Below, one piece after another: positions 38,401 to 53,400 of a stretch of 58,999 bases of DNA (position 1 is the first letter of the stretch; every line of letters begins with the position of its first letter). The stretch comes from Phoronis australis (lineage: Eukaryota; Animalia; Phoronida), in contig NMRA01000180.1 in the NCBI GenBank assembly GCA_002633005.1, positions 699,995-758,993 of the forward strand. Reading direction: 5' to 3'. A program made the translations under genes and the position numbers. The notes under the pieces are model-generated. The model was given only the letters and a program-made list of their open reading frames with translations, was not told the origin of the DNA and did no database searches.

Positions 38401-41400
38401 GAAATTTAGGGTTCTCACGGAGGTCAACACACAGTGGCAAGATAGTCTTCATACAGCTATAGCCAATAACTAACCAACCCTTCAAGTTTACAGAGCTGTG
38501 TAGTGGCTGGCAGCTGGCTGGCTGGCTAGAGTACACACTGACCACAGTCACACCAGTGTTAATGTTCATATACGGATTGATTGCACCGGCAAATTTTTGT
38601 CTGACGATGACGACGACTGGGTATCACTTTGCGTTGCCTCGGCTCAAACAGGTATCCCTGGTGACCAGAAATTTGACACTCAAATTTCTTATTCCGACAG
38701 TGTGAAGAACGCCTCTTGACTCTTCAATGGGACACTGACTAACCCATCAAATACGTCACGAGAAGCAGCGCTCCAAGGGGTAATTTTTCAGCATCGTTAG
38801 AGAATAATAAGTTTACTTTTTGATGTTGAATTATTTGTGAAATTAATAAACAACTCATAGAAAACTATGCAAAATTTATTCAGAATAAAATACTGTTCGC
38901 TTTTAAGAACAAAGCAAAGATTTCTTTTCTTGGAATGCCGAATGCGTTTGTCAAAAAAGATCATGTGATCATGTCTAATTATAGTTATGCAAACTGGATT
39001 TTATTTCTAGTAAATATTTCTATCTTGTCTGTTCCAAAATTATGAAAACTTTGTATCCTTGTGATTAGTCATTTCAGTCCAGTGTCCTACTCCAGCCTCT
39101 GTGCAGGCTGAAGCCGTGACCTCAGTCGATTTACCTAGCACCTACATGCCATTTTCTGCTATTTGACATTGACATATGTGTGGATAGAATGCATTCCCAC
39201 AAAATCTTGAACTTATTAAAATCACATTCATTATCTCTGAGGTTTATACTCAATATGTGGATGTCTGACAACTACGTTTCCAGCAATGGCAGAACAATGT
39301 ACACTTTTTGTCTATCAAGTGCACTTACACGTTGAAGCAACCTTCATCAAATCTCCGTTTCTGCGACGGATAAAAGCACGATTCTTCAAAATGGACTGAG
39401 CCCAGCTTGGCTCATGAGCTTATCCCTTCTTCCACCGTGTACTGTCACACCCGTGTTTAACGCACGAACCCGTGTCATTTTTGGGCGATCTTAGGTTTTT
39501 TGGAAACGCAAAAACTGAAATATTGTGTGTCCCATTGCTATTACTGCATCCTTCGCACATGCAAACTTTCGTAATATTTAGGCGAGACCTCTCTGGCTCG
39601 CCTCTGGTGTAGAACAACACAATGGGAGATATCAGACTTCCACTTATGAAGTCACACATAAATTTTACTTTTTTGATTTTTGCGTTTATTTTTTCATTAA
39701 CAGTATAAAAGACGAAATACATAAAATATCATACCGAAATTGTTGGTAACCGAATACAGGCATTCAAGAACATGATGTGAGGTGTTTAACAGTTTTACCT
39801 TGGCCACTCCCATGATTGGACCCATTCCCCTGCCCCCGTCACCAGCAGTTCTAACCATTGTTTCCTCCAATTCCCTCCAGGCGCTTTTCCTGGTCGATAC
39901 CATTATTACCACCCTCAAGGCGATTTTATATTAAGTTTGTGCGTGTAGATTGCAAATTTGTTCCGGCACAGCACCCTGACTTGGCCTCCAAAGGCTCTAT
40001 CTGATCTGGGTACCTAGTTCTGTTCATGGACGAGTACTCCTTAAAACAAAACGCATTCTTTCCAAAATACGAAGTTTTTCGTATACGAACACAAACACCT
40101 TAACGGAATAATCGTCAACTTCAAGCATTGTCACAGCGAAGTCAAAAGTCATTGCAGCGCTACTTAAAAACCCCGCTTCTTGGTTTACTCGAATGATTCA
40201 CATTATACATGAAGGCGCATGCGCTTACATGTAATTCCGGATATAAGTGAAACTTGCCGTAGTCGTGTGTTGTTTATCATGGCTTCTCATTGGTTAAAGT
40301 AATGAAACCGACGTCATAACTTTCAGTCATTCTCATTGGTTGAAATCTGGGAAACCCCTTTCAGTTTAGTGTTACGTAGTGCGACGACCACCTTTGACCT
40401 GAACAGTTGCAATATGTTAAAACGGACAGTGATCGAAGTAAACAAAAAAGCCCGATCCCGCGGCTAAGCTCAAACAAGTACAGTGCATTGAAGGGGTGTG
40501 CAAGTGGTCGCAATGTGATCGATAAACTTCCGACCAAGCATGCGCATTGATACCCACACGCGGAATCCGTGTGTTATTCATCATGTCTCAACAGGGCCAC
40601 TTTTCAGTATAGGTGGCACTGTGTCAGAGGGTAACTTGTCATGAGCCTAAACAGTTCATGAAAAGTGAATTAAGACAAAATACACAGTTTATAATAACAT
40701 ACCTATGACGTTTACTTACTGAGATAATTTGCATAAATTATTTCTAGGTTGTGCTGTGCTAAAAATAACTTTTATTCAGTAATTGTTTAATGGGAGCGTA
40801 GGACCAAACTTCTGTCTTTTGGCTTATGAACAGACCTCAAAATACGTTCAGTTCTCGACTGTTATATATTTTCTTTATGCTTTACTGCACAATGTGCCCC
40901 AAAACTATACCTTGAAGTCGTAGTCTTTTGCATCGCTAAATTTAACAAATCTTGGTAGGTCCTCGTACTGTTCAACTCCAATGAATCCGGGCATAGAATC
41001 ATTCTTTTGGCTGAATGGGTACATTTCCTGCCTTCGACGGACTTCCTCACGGCGAAGGTTTTTTAGGTCTTCATTGGTTTCTTGGAAAGGCAACACAGCT
41101 TTGGCAGTTGGTATTTTCTTAATTCCTTCCAGCCAATCGTAAAATGGAAACGACGTTTTTGCTCGGTCTCATTGTGGGTAATGACGACCTGAAAGAAATC
41201 ACCATATCTAACAAGTAAGGATCCGTGTTCAGGCTTCAAGGTCAAATTCCATTTTGAAATTGAATATTGAAAACTGGAATATTGGATTAAAATTGATAAT
41301 TTAATACTCAATCTAAAATTGAAAAATGATGGTTTAATTTTAAATATTTAATAGTTCAACTAAAGTATTCCAATCTAAATTGAAACTAGGAATCGAGAGG

Positions 41401-44400
41401 CATTCAGACAATACTCCATTTACCGAGACTGGTGTGAATACTTGCCAAACAGGTAATCAAAATGTGTCTATTACAACTTTTGACGATGCTGCTCACAATA
41501 ATTGCAGGGAGCTACACATCGACACAGAAACGTCGGCACAGAGCAAATAGAAGAATAAACAGAAGATTGTTAGGAGAATATAGTGGATCAGCAATGTACG
41601 CGAATGAACACCTCAACCAATCAAATTACTTTCTGAAATTGAAGCGTTGTGACTGGTTTTCAATTGTTAAGTGGCACGGTTGCCAAATTGAACCACAAGT
41701 ACATGGCGCCAAATTTCAGGTTGAAAGTAGAATTTTGAATTGAAACTAAATATTACGTGTTACAAAAAATTCAATTTCAAAAAGAAAGTTGAAACACGGA
41801 TAGGTTCATAATATCATGGATTAATCAATTTAAATTGAAAACTCGTCGACGAAACATTGATCGAAATAAGTGGGGAGAACTCCAGTTCTAACGTTCAATT
41901 CAAATCGAAGTATGAAACATGAAATAATGGTCAATATTTCGGACCGATTAAAGTCTCAAGTTTCACGATTGAATTCGAACTGAAAGTTGGAAAATGAAAC
42001 TGATGCATGTAATGTACAGTTATTTGACACAAATCAGGAAGGAGATTCATCGGTAAAGTAGCAAAAAAGAATGAAAGAAAATTCACCTATCTCTTCAAAA
42101 GATATGTACTTTAATACACGACTGGGTGTCAATCTCAGAAATGTCTGTATTGACAAAATTACTTTCAAGACTTAACACGAGAAGCAGTCGCTAAATCATT
42201 TAAACTTCTAGCTTATGTTCAATATTACATACCTGTTGTACTTTTGCAGGTTAAAATTGCATATCACCCTGCTTAGCTGGCTAAAAATCAAAACTCGAAT
42301 TAGGTCGTTTTCTCTCGAAAAATCGGCCTCATAACATGTTTTATCCTAACAGTATTCCATCTCTATCACCAAGTCGAAGGCAATACATGTACGTAAACAC
42401 GCGCCATTTTCGAATTCGCAGTTTTAAGGTTGGCCAACACCGATCATCTCTGAAGCGTTTTCTCCAGTTGCAGGTAGTTTCTACAATATTTTCTTGTTGC
42501 CAACGGAAATAGATTGAATAGCATCACGGAAAGGAATATTGTGAGGCCGACTTTATATGTGTGTGAGGCTTAACTCGATTTTTGTTTTTACGCAGAAAAA
42601 TGCTGCTTTAAATCTACAGTATCTTGCCCTCCAGTAAGTTCTATGTGAGCTCAAAAAATTTACTAAGGGACCTTCAAAGGATAGCACCGGATTCAAAATT
42701 ATGTTTGAAAATAGAAATAAAATGCATTGTTATAACAAATGTAGAACTTGAAAAGATATCAAAATGTATCGTTATTGAAGCAGTACCACATTGTGACATA
42801 GCTGGCCAAACTGACAAAGCGTGCTCGAGAAGGCTTTTGATATTGTTCGTGGCGTCGAATATACAGTTTGATTACTGACATTTTGGATAAATACTCTTGT
42901 ATGCCAGCACGCAGGCAGTATCGTTTAAACTCAAATGTAATAAGGTTTCTGACTACATAGGCTACCCTTTACTGTAAATTCAATTAGACGCTTCTTCATT
43001 AGTTCTTGTATTTAAAAAATTGTGTAGACAATACTTAAAACATCGTTTGCTTGCTCTTTTTGTACACCCATATTGAATGTGTAGTGGGTGCACCCTGCCG
43101 TCATTTCTGTCTGTGCGTCCAGACATCTGGCGTCGACTGCTTCCCATTCAGGATTCTTTTGACCCACCTACTGTAGTGTCCTCTAATGGTTGGTCTTTGT
43201 GACTTTAGAAATACTGGCGGGTCATCATGAAAATTGGCAAAACGGTTTCTAACAAGGAGTCGATTACAGCTTCCCATTTTCAGACTGTCGCATTCTGTGC
43301 CACCTAGTGATCATTTTTATTTGTTATGACATCCTCTTCTTTCTGCAAACTGCTGAAAACTTTGTACGAAAATTGGCAGATCAGATGTCTTTCCATTTAA
43401 ACTAGTACGATTAATGTTGCGTTTCGGAAGATTCCGACAACTGCGGCGCTTCATACTGACCCGTAGAAGTATACCGCCTGCGCGCCACATTTTCAAACAA
43501 AATGACCGACTTCAAAAAATAGAAAAAGAACATAGCGACAAAATGCAAAGTCTTTTGGATACGGTTTGCGTAGGTGCTGCAGCAGGATACCTTATCCAGA
43601 TGCCAGTCATCGACTCCAGTTTTCTCCACAGTAATATACAGCATCTCCCCAACATCACCTCCTGTGAGCGTGTAGACGTCATGGGCTCCTGTCTCTAAGT
43701 CATTGTGCCACGTTTTATCCAACAGGATACGTTCTGTAGTGCCTTCGGTACCTAAAGCAGATAAACATTTGACAATGACCGCCCCGAGGAGGACAGGGTG
43801 ATAAAACAATGAAGTAGATAGAGCTTGAAAAATTGGATCTGATTTGTTTAAAAATCGACTCTAGCAAGCATGTAAAAACCAACGTCAATAGATTGATTTT
43901 TCCAGTGGCATAAATTTTCCTTCGTACTGAATGTTGTAGAATTCGCGAATGCCTCAATATAAAGTACACTTAGTCAACAATCCCGATCATAAATGCTTGT
44001 TTCAATACTTCACATTGGATCAAGGGGGCGGTTATTGTCCGCTTCCGACACACACAACCGCAGTTAGGCCACGTCCACCACAAACGCTAACGCAAACATG
44101 AAGGTAGTGCACATGTACAACCGATTTTCTTGACAACATTTTACTTAAACTGCCACACAATATCACAGGAACCTGGAGGAGATTTTCACTGTTTCCACAC
44201 ACAATTCCGGTATGTACATGTATCAAAGATTACTAAGCAAATTCACGTCAATTGATCTCCACTCAGGGGTTTAGTCGGTAGACGTGAAAAAATCACCAAA
44301 ATCACGTAAATGACAGGCGAATGTAAGCCACTCACTTACAAAAAGGACAACGCTGAAGCGTTGACATGCACCCACAGTGCATCGCAATGATATATTTCTA

Positions 44401-47400
44401 GGGGTTAAGGTAAAGTATAATGTGGTTACTTAACCAACTTTACCACAGTGGGTAGCAGCAGTAGCACCAACAGTTTATCGAAGCGGTATGTTTCTAGGGG
44501 CACTTACAAGTTTCATGAAATACAATAACATACTATTTGACCACTGATGGTATGTACATAAGTGACATTTAATTAAAAGTTGGTGAAGTTTAATTGAAAG
44601 ATTTTCAGCAGAAAAAAAGCTTATTATGAAAATGAGTGAACCTGGCGTCGTGTTTAGACATCAAAACATGTGTGTCAAATTTCATTGAAGCCCGTCGATC
44701 AGGTCGTTAGCTAGCCGTCTCCCGGAAATGTTCTTCCCCAAAATGGCCACTACAGGAGGCCTTGCGGTGGACAAATTCATCTAAAACTCAAACGGTCTCG
44801 GTGCATGAATATTTCGTATGTCAAGTTGCTATGAAATCCGGGAATCGGTTATTTTGATATCACCTGGACTTGCATTTTTCTCCAACCACACTTGGAAAAA
44901 GTCCCTTGTCGAGAACAAAATGGCCATTAGGAGGTGCTGCATTGGTCGAAACCGCCGTAAAATTTAATGGTGCCCGCGCAATGACATCACATAGTTCATG
45001 ATTATCCAGCAATCACTTATCAGTCAGAAACTTCTCGAATTTTCCAAAACGAGCACTAGTAGACCTTGCAGTGGTTGAATCCGCCAGAAAATTGAACGGT
45101 GCTGGTGCATTGATATCATATAGGCCTACATTTGTGTCATTTCATTAAAACCCTTCGTCCGGTTATTTAGGTATCGCCCTGAAACGCTCTTCTCACAAAC
45201 GACACCTAATAGCGAGGTTGCAATCGAATCGATTTAACGATTGCGCATGTCCGGAAAGTAGGGTGCGCAAAGGCTATTGGGATTGATTAGGGTATGTGAA
45301 ATGGCCGATTGGTTTGCACGACGTGTGATTTGTGTGCATTAAACTACGCTGCTGTATGTAATTCTGCCGCTATTCGCCCCAATATAAGCGCCCATGCCCC
45401 AATAAGTGCCCCCACGCGTTTTCAGACTTCGCTAAAGTAAGCGCCCAGCCCATGAACTACATGCGAAAAATGCCTTACCTACAGTTCTAACGTGTCCAAT
45501 TACTGAAAGGTCCGACAGTCCTGAATTTGTAGACCACGATCCTCACCGTTACGTCCGTATACACTTCAAACTTACGCCGCGTTTAAAAAAGAACGCAAAA
45601 GTTTTGCTGCTCTTGCGAGGGATGTGCCCCACTATGCGGGTCTGGACTTTGAAAACAGAGGGATTGCATTGTTTCTTTCCGGTAAAGATCTTCTCCGGCC
45701 TCAACAAGAATCCAAACTTCTTTGTACACGTGAAAACCGTGAATCGAAGACTAATAAAAAAACTCGAACTGTGTTAACATGCGGCCAAGAAGCTGCATAA
45801 TGTACCGGCTGTCATCGAAGACATTTAGTCGGGAACTATCTATTCAAGAAACGAGTAATATAGTATCGGCAAGAAATAAATATTGGCACTAATTTCCGAA
45901 AGTTTCTAATACCGTAAAAACCTTTTGCTAACTGGTATTATAGCAGCCAGGCACACAACACGTATAACCACCCACGAACTTGTTTATCGGCTTAACCACA
46001 ATGCAACATTCTGACCCATTTCCAATATGGCGGCGTCGCAACTCCGCTATTGAAAAGCCTAATTTCGAGAACAAAGTGTACACTAGGAGATGCTGCAGTG
46101 GTGGAATCTACCCAAAAATTTAACCATGGTGCCGGCATATTGACAGAATATAGCTCTCTATCAGTTTTCATTGAAATCCGTCATTTAGCTCTTTAGATGC
46201 CCTCTGATCCCGGGTTACGGGCAGTACTGAAAAGTGGCACGAACCGTTCTAAAGATGTCCTGCACCCTTGTGCCAAATTCAATCGAAATGGGACACGGGA
46301 TTTTGAGATATCGAGCACACGCGTGGACAGAGTGATGACAACATGCCAGCACATATGACGTGTGTGGGAGCATACGAGTGGTCACATCTTATCCCTCACT
46401 GAATTTAGAAGTGACTCTCAGGGCTCAGGAAGTAGTGTCAGTTTGTTGTTGCTTCAGACCAGCCTCTATAAAGTTCAGGTTTCAGTAAGCTCAAGGTAAT
46501 CTATACTAGTAACGAAGCAGAATACTGGCTATGTATATAGTTTTAGAATAAAAAGTCACACTTATTGTCTGATTTCTAAAATTCCAAAACCAACCACAAG
46601 TACTGTTCATAACCTATTTATACATGCTGTCAAACTTCTAAAATGAAAATTTGAAAACTACTGTTGTCGCCCCCATAGGCCATAGTCCCAGCTCTCCTAT
46701 CTTTCACCTCCGTGGCCACTTTTGGGGGGCAACGGGAAAATTGCATTTTACCCATCTATAGATGTTCAAAAGTCAATTTCAAAAAAGTTCCCAAGAATAC
46801 ACTTGCACGTTTACGTAGTAATAATTCTAAAATTCAAAAGTTGGAAAAAAATTAGCCTAAACTAATAAGTTAGCCACCAGGTGTCAGTGCAAAATGATCA
46901 GAAAAGTCAATGAAATGCCAGGAAAATATTGTGTCCGTATATTTCCCATTCCCGAGTTGTTTTCTTCATGAAAGCATTCATCAGGGGACAGCCAACTGAT
47001 GTTATCCTGTTGGCTTGGCTAATTTGTTTACAGCTACCGTCTACCTTTAAAAGTGTTAATTCTTGGATGGGTGTGCAATTAATTGGCAATTACCAAAGGT
47101 CAAGGCTCATAAACCAGCAGGCAGTAGATTGGAATTGAGGAAAGCCAAATCAAGTGGAACGTGTCATTATACTGACATACATACAATGCTTGGCATGTTC
47201 CTGAATCACTTTGGCTTCCGCAAACAGCATCTAGGACACTGCTGAAACCATGAATTATTGAATGAGTGTGCGACTTCACAAGAGACTGGCAAGATGTCTG
47301 CTCCTTGTTGCATTCATGTCCCAAATTCTGCTAAAAATTCTGAGCTCCTGGAATTTTCAGATATTACGTGGTCTAAAACAAACAAATGGATCAACATTGA

Positions 47401-50400
47401 GTGCAAGAAAAGTATTATTATTAATTTTTTATGAAAAAACAGAGCTATTCTATCACAATCAGTATTACATACACTTAATGGATGTATCAAAAACCGAAAC
47501 AGCTTTTAGAAAAGAAAAAGACCAAGCTGATGAAGGAAACGATGTTGAACCTACTAGAAAATTAAGGAGATTGTCACTGTCAGTTCCATTTAACAGTTCT
47601 CAAAGAAATGTATATATGTTGCCACCTCAATATGTCATTTGCCACAAATCAAAGTCCATCACAGAGAACTTCATAAACAAAAGAAAACTTGAAAAGCTAT
47701 CCCATTTTACAAACATTCACTTGTAAATAGGCCTATCTATTCTTAATTCGAAAAACCATCATTTATGGTAAAAAAATCTTCAGTTTAGGACAGAGAGAAA
47801 AGTTTTAGTTGGCTTGATATATTTACAGTATTAGCCGTCTCAAGATACTGGCTGTAGTGTTTACCTACATGAGAGTGATCAGCTCTGCTCTTTACGGATT
47901 TCTAACTTAGCCTATTTTCTGACCCTTTTATGTAAAAACATGAGCTGTGATTGGAGTTTGAGAAATATAAAAATGCAAATATTTCCGGTGTTCTGTAATT
48001 CATTATCTTGACAATTCAAATGTTGCTCAGATTTCAGTGTCTCACATTTTGGAGATTCTTTTACTCTTCCAATTCTGTGCTATCTAAAACAGGAATCGTG
48101 AAATTTTAGCTCTACAGTAAATAAGACGATTTCACTTTCAGACAAAAACTATTGCCAAAATGACCATTCCTCTATTTTCAAAGGCTGAAATACGGTTTTA
48201 AGGATGATAAAAAATTTCCTGTCTTAAATTGGCAACTGTACGTGCAATAAATCCTAGTAATGTTGCTAATGTCTCTTAATGCTTACTTTTGCTGAGCACT
48301 TGACAAAATATAATTTCACTTGTTGGCCATACTGTGCTTAAGTGAAGAGCATTTTGGTTATCTGTTTTAGTAAAAATGATTACTGTAACAAGGCTGAAGT
48401 GTTTAGATGAAACGCTATTCCGGTTGACAAAAAATTATTCCGGGTAGGTTGCAGGCTTGCAGAGATATTTTTTAAACGTTGTCAATGAAGTTGGGCTCAC
48501 CATTATTTTGGGTTTCCTGGTCAACTCATGGAAGACATTGAACAGTTTGCATGCAAGCTGTACGGCGACTCATCATCAACAGTTAACAAAGCACGCTACC
48601 ACATATTCAGGTTGAAATCTGTCATGGAATCATCTCTGCCTCTTACTCATGATTGTTTGCTGTTACATGGAAAAAGAGCAAAACTACCAGTGTGCCATTC
48701 ACAAACGAGTCTTGCAACAGCGTGTCAGTGCACCGTCTCCAGTTGGTAAGGGTGACTTTTGGAGTAGGGTGGTCTGAACTTCCACTGGATGACTCTGGCC
48801 CCAGAAAATGTCATGAAAAATGTTAATTGCAAATATAAAAAGAGTGGAAGTAGTACAAAAGTGTGCCCTTGTTTGAAGTCGGGCGTGACATGTTCAAAGT
48901 TGTGTCTGTCGATGGAGATTGTGAACACGGTGTCTCAAGAAACAACTTTAGATGACAAATGAGGAATATAAACAATGGAGTGGATGAACAAACATAAAAA
49001 GTGTGTGCTATGTTGTTAAAACTTTTTAAATTTGTAGCCTAATACAAAATATTTACATTTTATCATGCTCGTGGATGTCAGGACTAAATGGTGTATCGTT
49101 CCTTGTGACAGTTGACTATGAATTGCAATGTGGATAATGATAATTAATTGTGACAATTAATGAAAATGATGACAGTGAATTTATTGCAGAAACGTTGGAA
49201 ATGTATGTTGTCCATATGTAGGTCGTGATATCAAATCTTCATCAAGTTCCAAATGGTTAACACTATTATTGTTCTTCTGGTAGTTCAGAACATAGTAGTA
49301 TGTTTTCTGGCCAACAGGAGGCGCTGCTAAACATTTTCTATTTGTCGTTTTTGAGTAATTTTCCTCCTAATGTCATAATATTTATCACTTTTCTTGTCCA
49401 ATAACTTCAACTGAGCAAAACCCAATCAAATTATCATTCATTTTGGTCTAAAGTTGTTGGTTTTTGAAGATTGATTTTTTGCGCCAAATTTTGCAGAAAG
49501 TCAGATTTTTGAGGTCAAATTTTTCGAAAACGTGCCAGTCAAACCTTGGAAACTTTTTAGATTCTTAAAGTATAGTACTTAATAACCTTAAAAACACCAA
49601 AATTATCTTGCCCCAAAAATTAACCACGGAAGCGGTTTTCTAGGCTTCCTAGAGTTGAATGGACTATGGCCGCACCAGGGTTTACAGCCGCGTTTATAAT
49701 TATGAACAACTTCGTGCCAAGTTGATCTTCAGATAACATCGGCTGAAGCTGAATGGTTCCTTGAAGATGGAGGCGGATTTAAAAGCTATCGAAGTCTCTA
49801 TTAGCAGGTCATAGCAGGACAGGACTTACGACTTTTATAACAGGCACCCAGAAGCCGTTGTTGCAGTCGTATCACCAAATCGCAGTTTTCGACACCTGCA
49901 GCATCTGTATGCACGATAAAAGTTATCATACGAGGTCCCTCTTGGAAAGCAGTGCTATCACTAAGGAGGCCAAATATTACAGTAAATAAAAATAAGTAAA
50001 TAAAATACTATCACATCTTTGACCAAGTTTTGTGCAACTCCGCAAATGCCTGCGAATGCTTCCGACTGCAACTCCTCCGACAATAGATAGATCAGGGGTG
50101 CGTTCCGTTTCTTACGAGATTGGCGCTATCACCAAAGACCAAGCGAAATCACGCAAGTTCGCGAGTGTGCTCGAGACATTACTGTACTAACGTAGGTCAT
50201 TGATGTGAGTGTACTAGCAAAACGGCTGCCGTTGAAGCAATTAGACGGCGGACGGGAATACATTGAATGCGTTCCATGAGCCAAGATTGTTGCTCACGAG
50301 TGTTCCTTCGTGTTTTGCGTTACGAAACGCGACCAAGCAAACCCTGCAAAACTATCGCAACACAGAGGAATTGGTGTAGTGCTCGCTACAATGTTGCTAA

Positions 50401-53400
50401 GTAGCATACGATTAGTTAGCCAAATAGGAACCAAACAACTGCTAGTCAAACCTAAACTCCTAATACCCACCATGCAGCGTCAGGTGAACACTATCATTTG
50501 TGCCCGTCCCTTTCCAGCCTGATGTTCCCCAGCCAGCACTTGTAACCACTTCAGCAGCGTAAACCCTGAAATGTAGATTCAAATGTTTGTCAAAGGCAGG
50601 GTTACGTGACAGTATTTCCCAAGAACAGCAAATAAATAGTCTTTGTCTAATAAATAGTTTAAGTACTCCGTAAACTAGTTTTTTGGAAAGGCTTCTACTT
50701 GAATTACTGAGTTCCAAGGACTCAAGGCAATAGCGAACAACTCTAGCGTGCAATCCTGATTGTAGGATGTTTATTTGGTATTCAGGCCAAGAGGCTGGGG
50801 GTGTGTTGAATACAAAGTTTGTTTGTTTAAGCATTGTATTCTCTTATGCCTCCATGTCACTATAGTAAGTAATGAATGCCATTCACTGAAAAGACAATGT
50901 CAAGTTTTCACCTGACACGAGTAATCCGTTTGTTTCTAATTTATACCGAATGGAATCAGCTTCGACCAACTGACGTCAACACTTCAGTTAAACAGCATAG
51001 TCCTTCAGAATGGGAGAGTATCGGGTTTCTGCCTTGACTATAACTTTGCTGGGCTAACTGAATCTCCTTAACGGTTAGTTTGCCCACACAATGACCCAGA
51101 CAAATGTTGCATAACTCGAAAAAGCCCTCTATAGTTGGCGTCAGGAGAAAACATGTCAATGTGTCTGGGCTTGTGTCACGTGAGGTGACCTACATGTATA
51201 TATGGGGTGTGAGAAGATCGAGGTGGCGCTCAAAAGTTTTTGATGATTTTGGGCTCCACTGAACAGTTTGTTCCACATGATGTACAAAACCTGGAAATGT
51301 GAACAGTATACTGGGTCAAAGACTTCAAAAACATTGCACATATTGTCCATATTTACCATTACCGAAAATACAGTCAGCTACTTCAAAAAAAAAATAAATA
51401 AATAAAAAAATAAAAAAAACAGCAAAACTACACCAAGTCAACAGTTTTCACCCTAAAGCCACCGTTCACAAGGGATTACTACGAATTGAGAGACAATACA
51501 GTCAGACTGCCCAAACTCACCACATTATATACATCAGGTGAAAAGTAGTGTCGACCAGCCAGATTTAAAAAAAAATCAAAGTGAATTTTCTGCTAAATTC
51601 AAGTTGCCGCTTGCCAACAGCCACGGCTGAGGAAGATGTCAAGGGGTCAATGGGTCAAAAGCTGGCAATCTTTGAGTTGGAACAGACTCAAAAATCAAGC
51701 AAATGCCATTTTGGCCTTCACATGCAACACAGAACACAAAAAGCCCAGTCAATACAGCAGGTGTCAATTTCATTTGAGAACGGTAAATTCCAACAATGGA
51801 TAAAAAATAATGAATGCCACCTAATAATTCATTCTGACTTAAAAACGCTTAATTAGTAGACTGGAAATATTTTCTGCGAACATTCGCCCATAACAATGCA
51901 GAAGATTATAAAATATTTCTTAGACTCATTGTATATTGCCTCTAGCTCGCATACCAAAATATTTTTTTCATCTTAAACAGCGGTGCTGGTCATTTCACGT
52001 CAGTCGACTCCGATCTTGAAACCCCACCAAAATGTTCAGACGCGAGCAGTGGCGTATTAACTACGATAACCGGGGCCCAAGGCTGAGCTACCATTTGCAC
52101 CCTCTGTTCCAGCGAGGGTGGACCATCCATGTGGGCATAATTTCGGAGCTGTAAGCGTGACACTGGTTTTTGAGAACATTCGTTAAAACTAGCTCAGACA
52201 TGGCCGCAGAGTCCGCACCAGACGAGTGACGGGGGCACACGCATCCATCAAGCTAACTATGAACTTTAATCTAGGCACCATAAGGCTATGATGTTTACGT
52301 AACGAGCAGCGTCCAGGTATCGGACCACAGGTGTCCAGTTTCGGTGAATAGTCGTTAAAAGTGAATACTTGCACGCACATTGATATCCACGTGCTTACCA
52401 TGTATCACAAACGAGATAAATGTCGGAGAAATTTAGATTATTACATGGCGAAATCGTTATCCCCCGTTATCTAGAGCCCGAGTGGATTTTGGAGAATTAT
52501 AATATGATAATTCTACAAAATTCACGAGGGCTCTAATAAGGGGGATAACGACTGAGAACATTTAATAATCCATTTATACCACATACTGAGAGAGAAACAT
52601 TACAATGAATCGATCTACCTTTCTCGAATCGCCTCGGCTTTGTAACTACTTTTTATGTCAGAGGCCCGGGGTCGGAGGTCGTGACCTTTTAAGAAAAGCT
52701 GAGCAATTTTTTCTTGTCAAATAATGCTTTTACTCAAAACCAATTGAAAATTTAAACAAAACAGAAATAAAGTGAATCTGTAAATTAAGGTTTAGCAACT
52801 ATTATAGCTTTTATACATTTTATCACGCTAAGCTTCGACCGGGAAAATATCGTCTGCTAAAGTAGGTTACCAATAGTAACAGAGTATAATGCTCAAGTTA
52901 AAGGATCCCGACGACACGATACCCGCATTCAAATTGGAGATCGGTGATTTACAAGTGAGAGAACACGAGAGAAAATTTTCACAGAATTAGGATATCGTTT
53001 TTATGAAAATTACGCGTCTTATCTTTCATAGGGTATAAATGTCGTTGCAATGCCCTTTGCTGAACATGCGATTGTTGCGCGTGCTCATTTAAGTATTCTA
53101 TTTTCACGTTCGATGACGTCAGCTGCTGAGTGGTGTAGTGGTAAAGTCGGCGACTCGGCCTCGGTTTCCCGCCAAAATGTTATCTCACTAGTGAGACAAC
53201 TTGATGGGTTATTACACGGTTGTATCTGCCATTCGAGGCTAATATTGTGGTATAAAAGATATTTCGTTTGAACACCACAGCGCCCCACGTCATTCTAAAA
53301 ATTCGCTCATCACCTGGGCCATCAGCTAGTGAACTTCAACTCGCTCATCGTCCTTTCAGTTTCCATTGCCTGCTGAGCGAGTGGCTAAGCATACTGCTGT

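Noticed and set aside
44032-44226. ORF MIHVHTGIVCG as a LOX-B N-terminus
   Set aside because: Only the VxTG resemblance; no GTxD motif and no compatible donor.
50566-50834. In-frame 90-aa N-terminal extension of LOX-B
   Set aside because: No recognisable domain, and a good acceptor sits at the PLAT boundary; probably a chance open frame in the intron.
52399-52430. Minus-strand ISFVIHG|gtaag as a LOX-B first PLAT exon
   Set aside because: In-frame stop just upstream and no GT motif; 50471-50565 fits the PLAT pattern much better.
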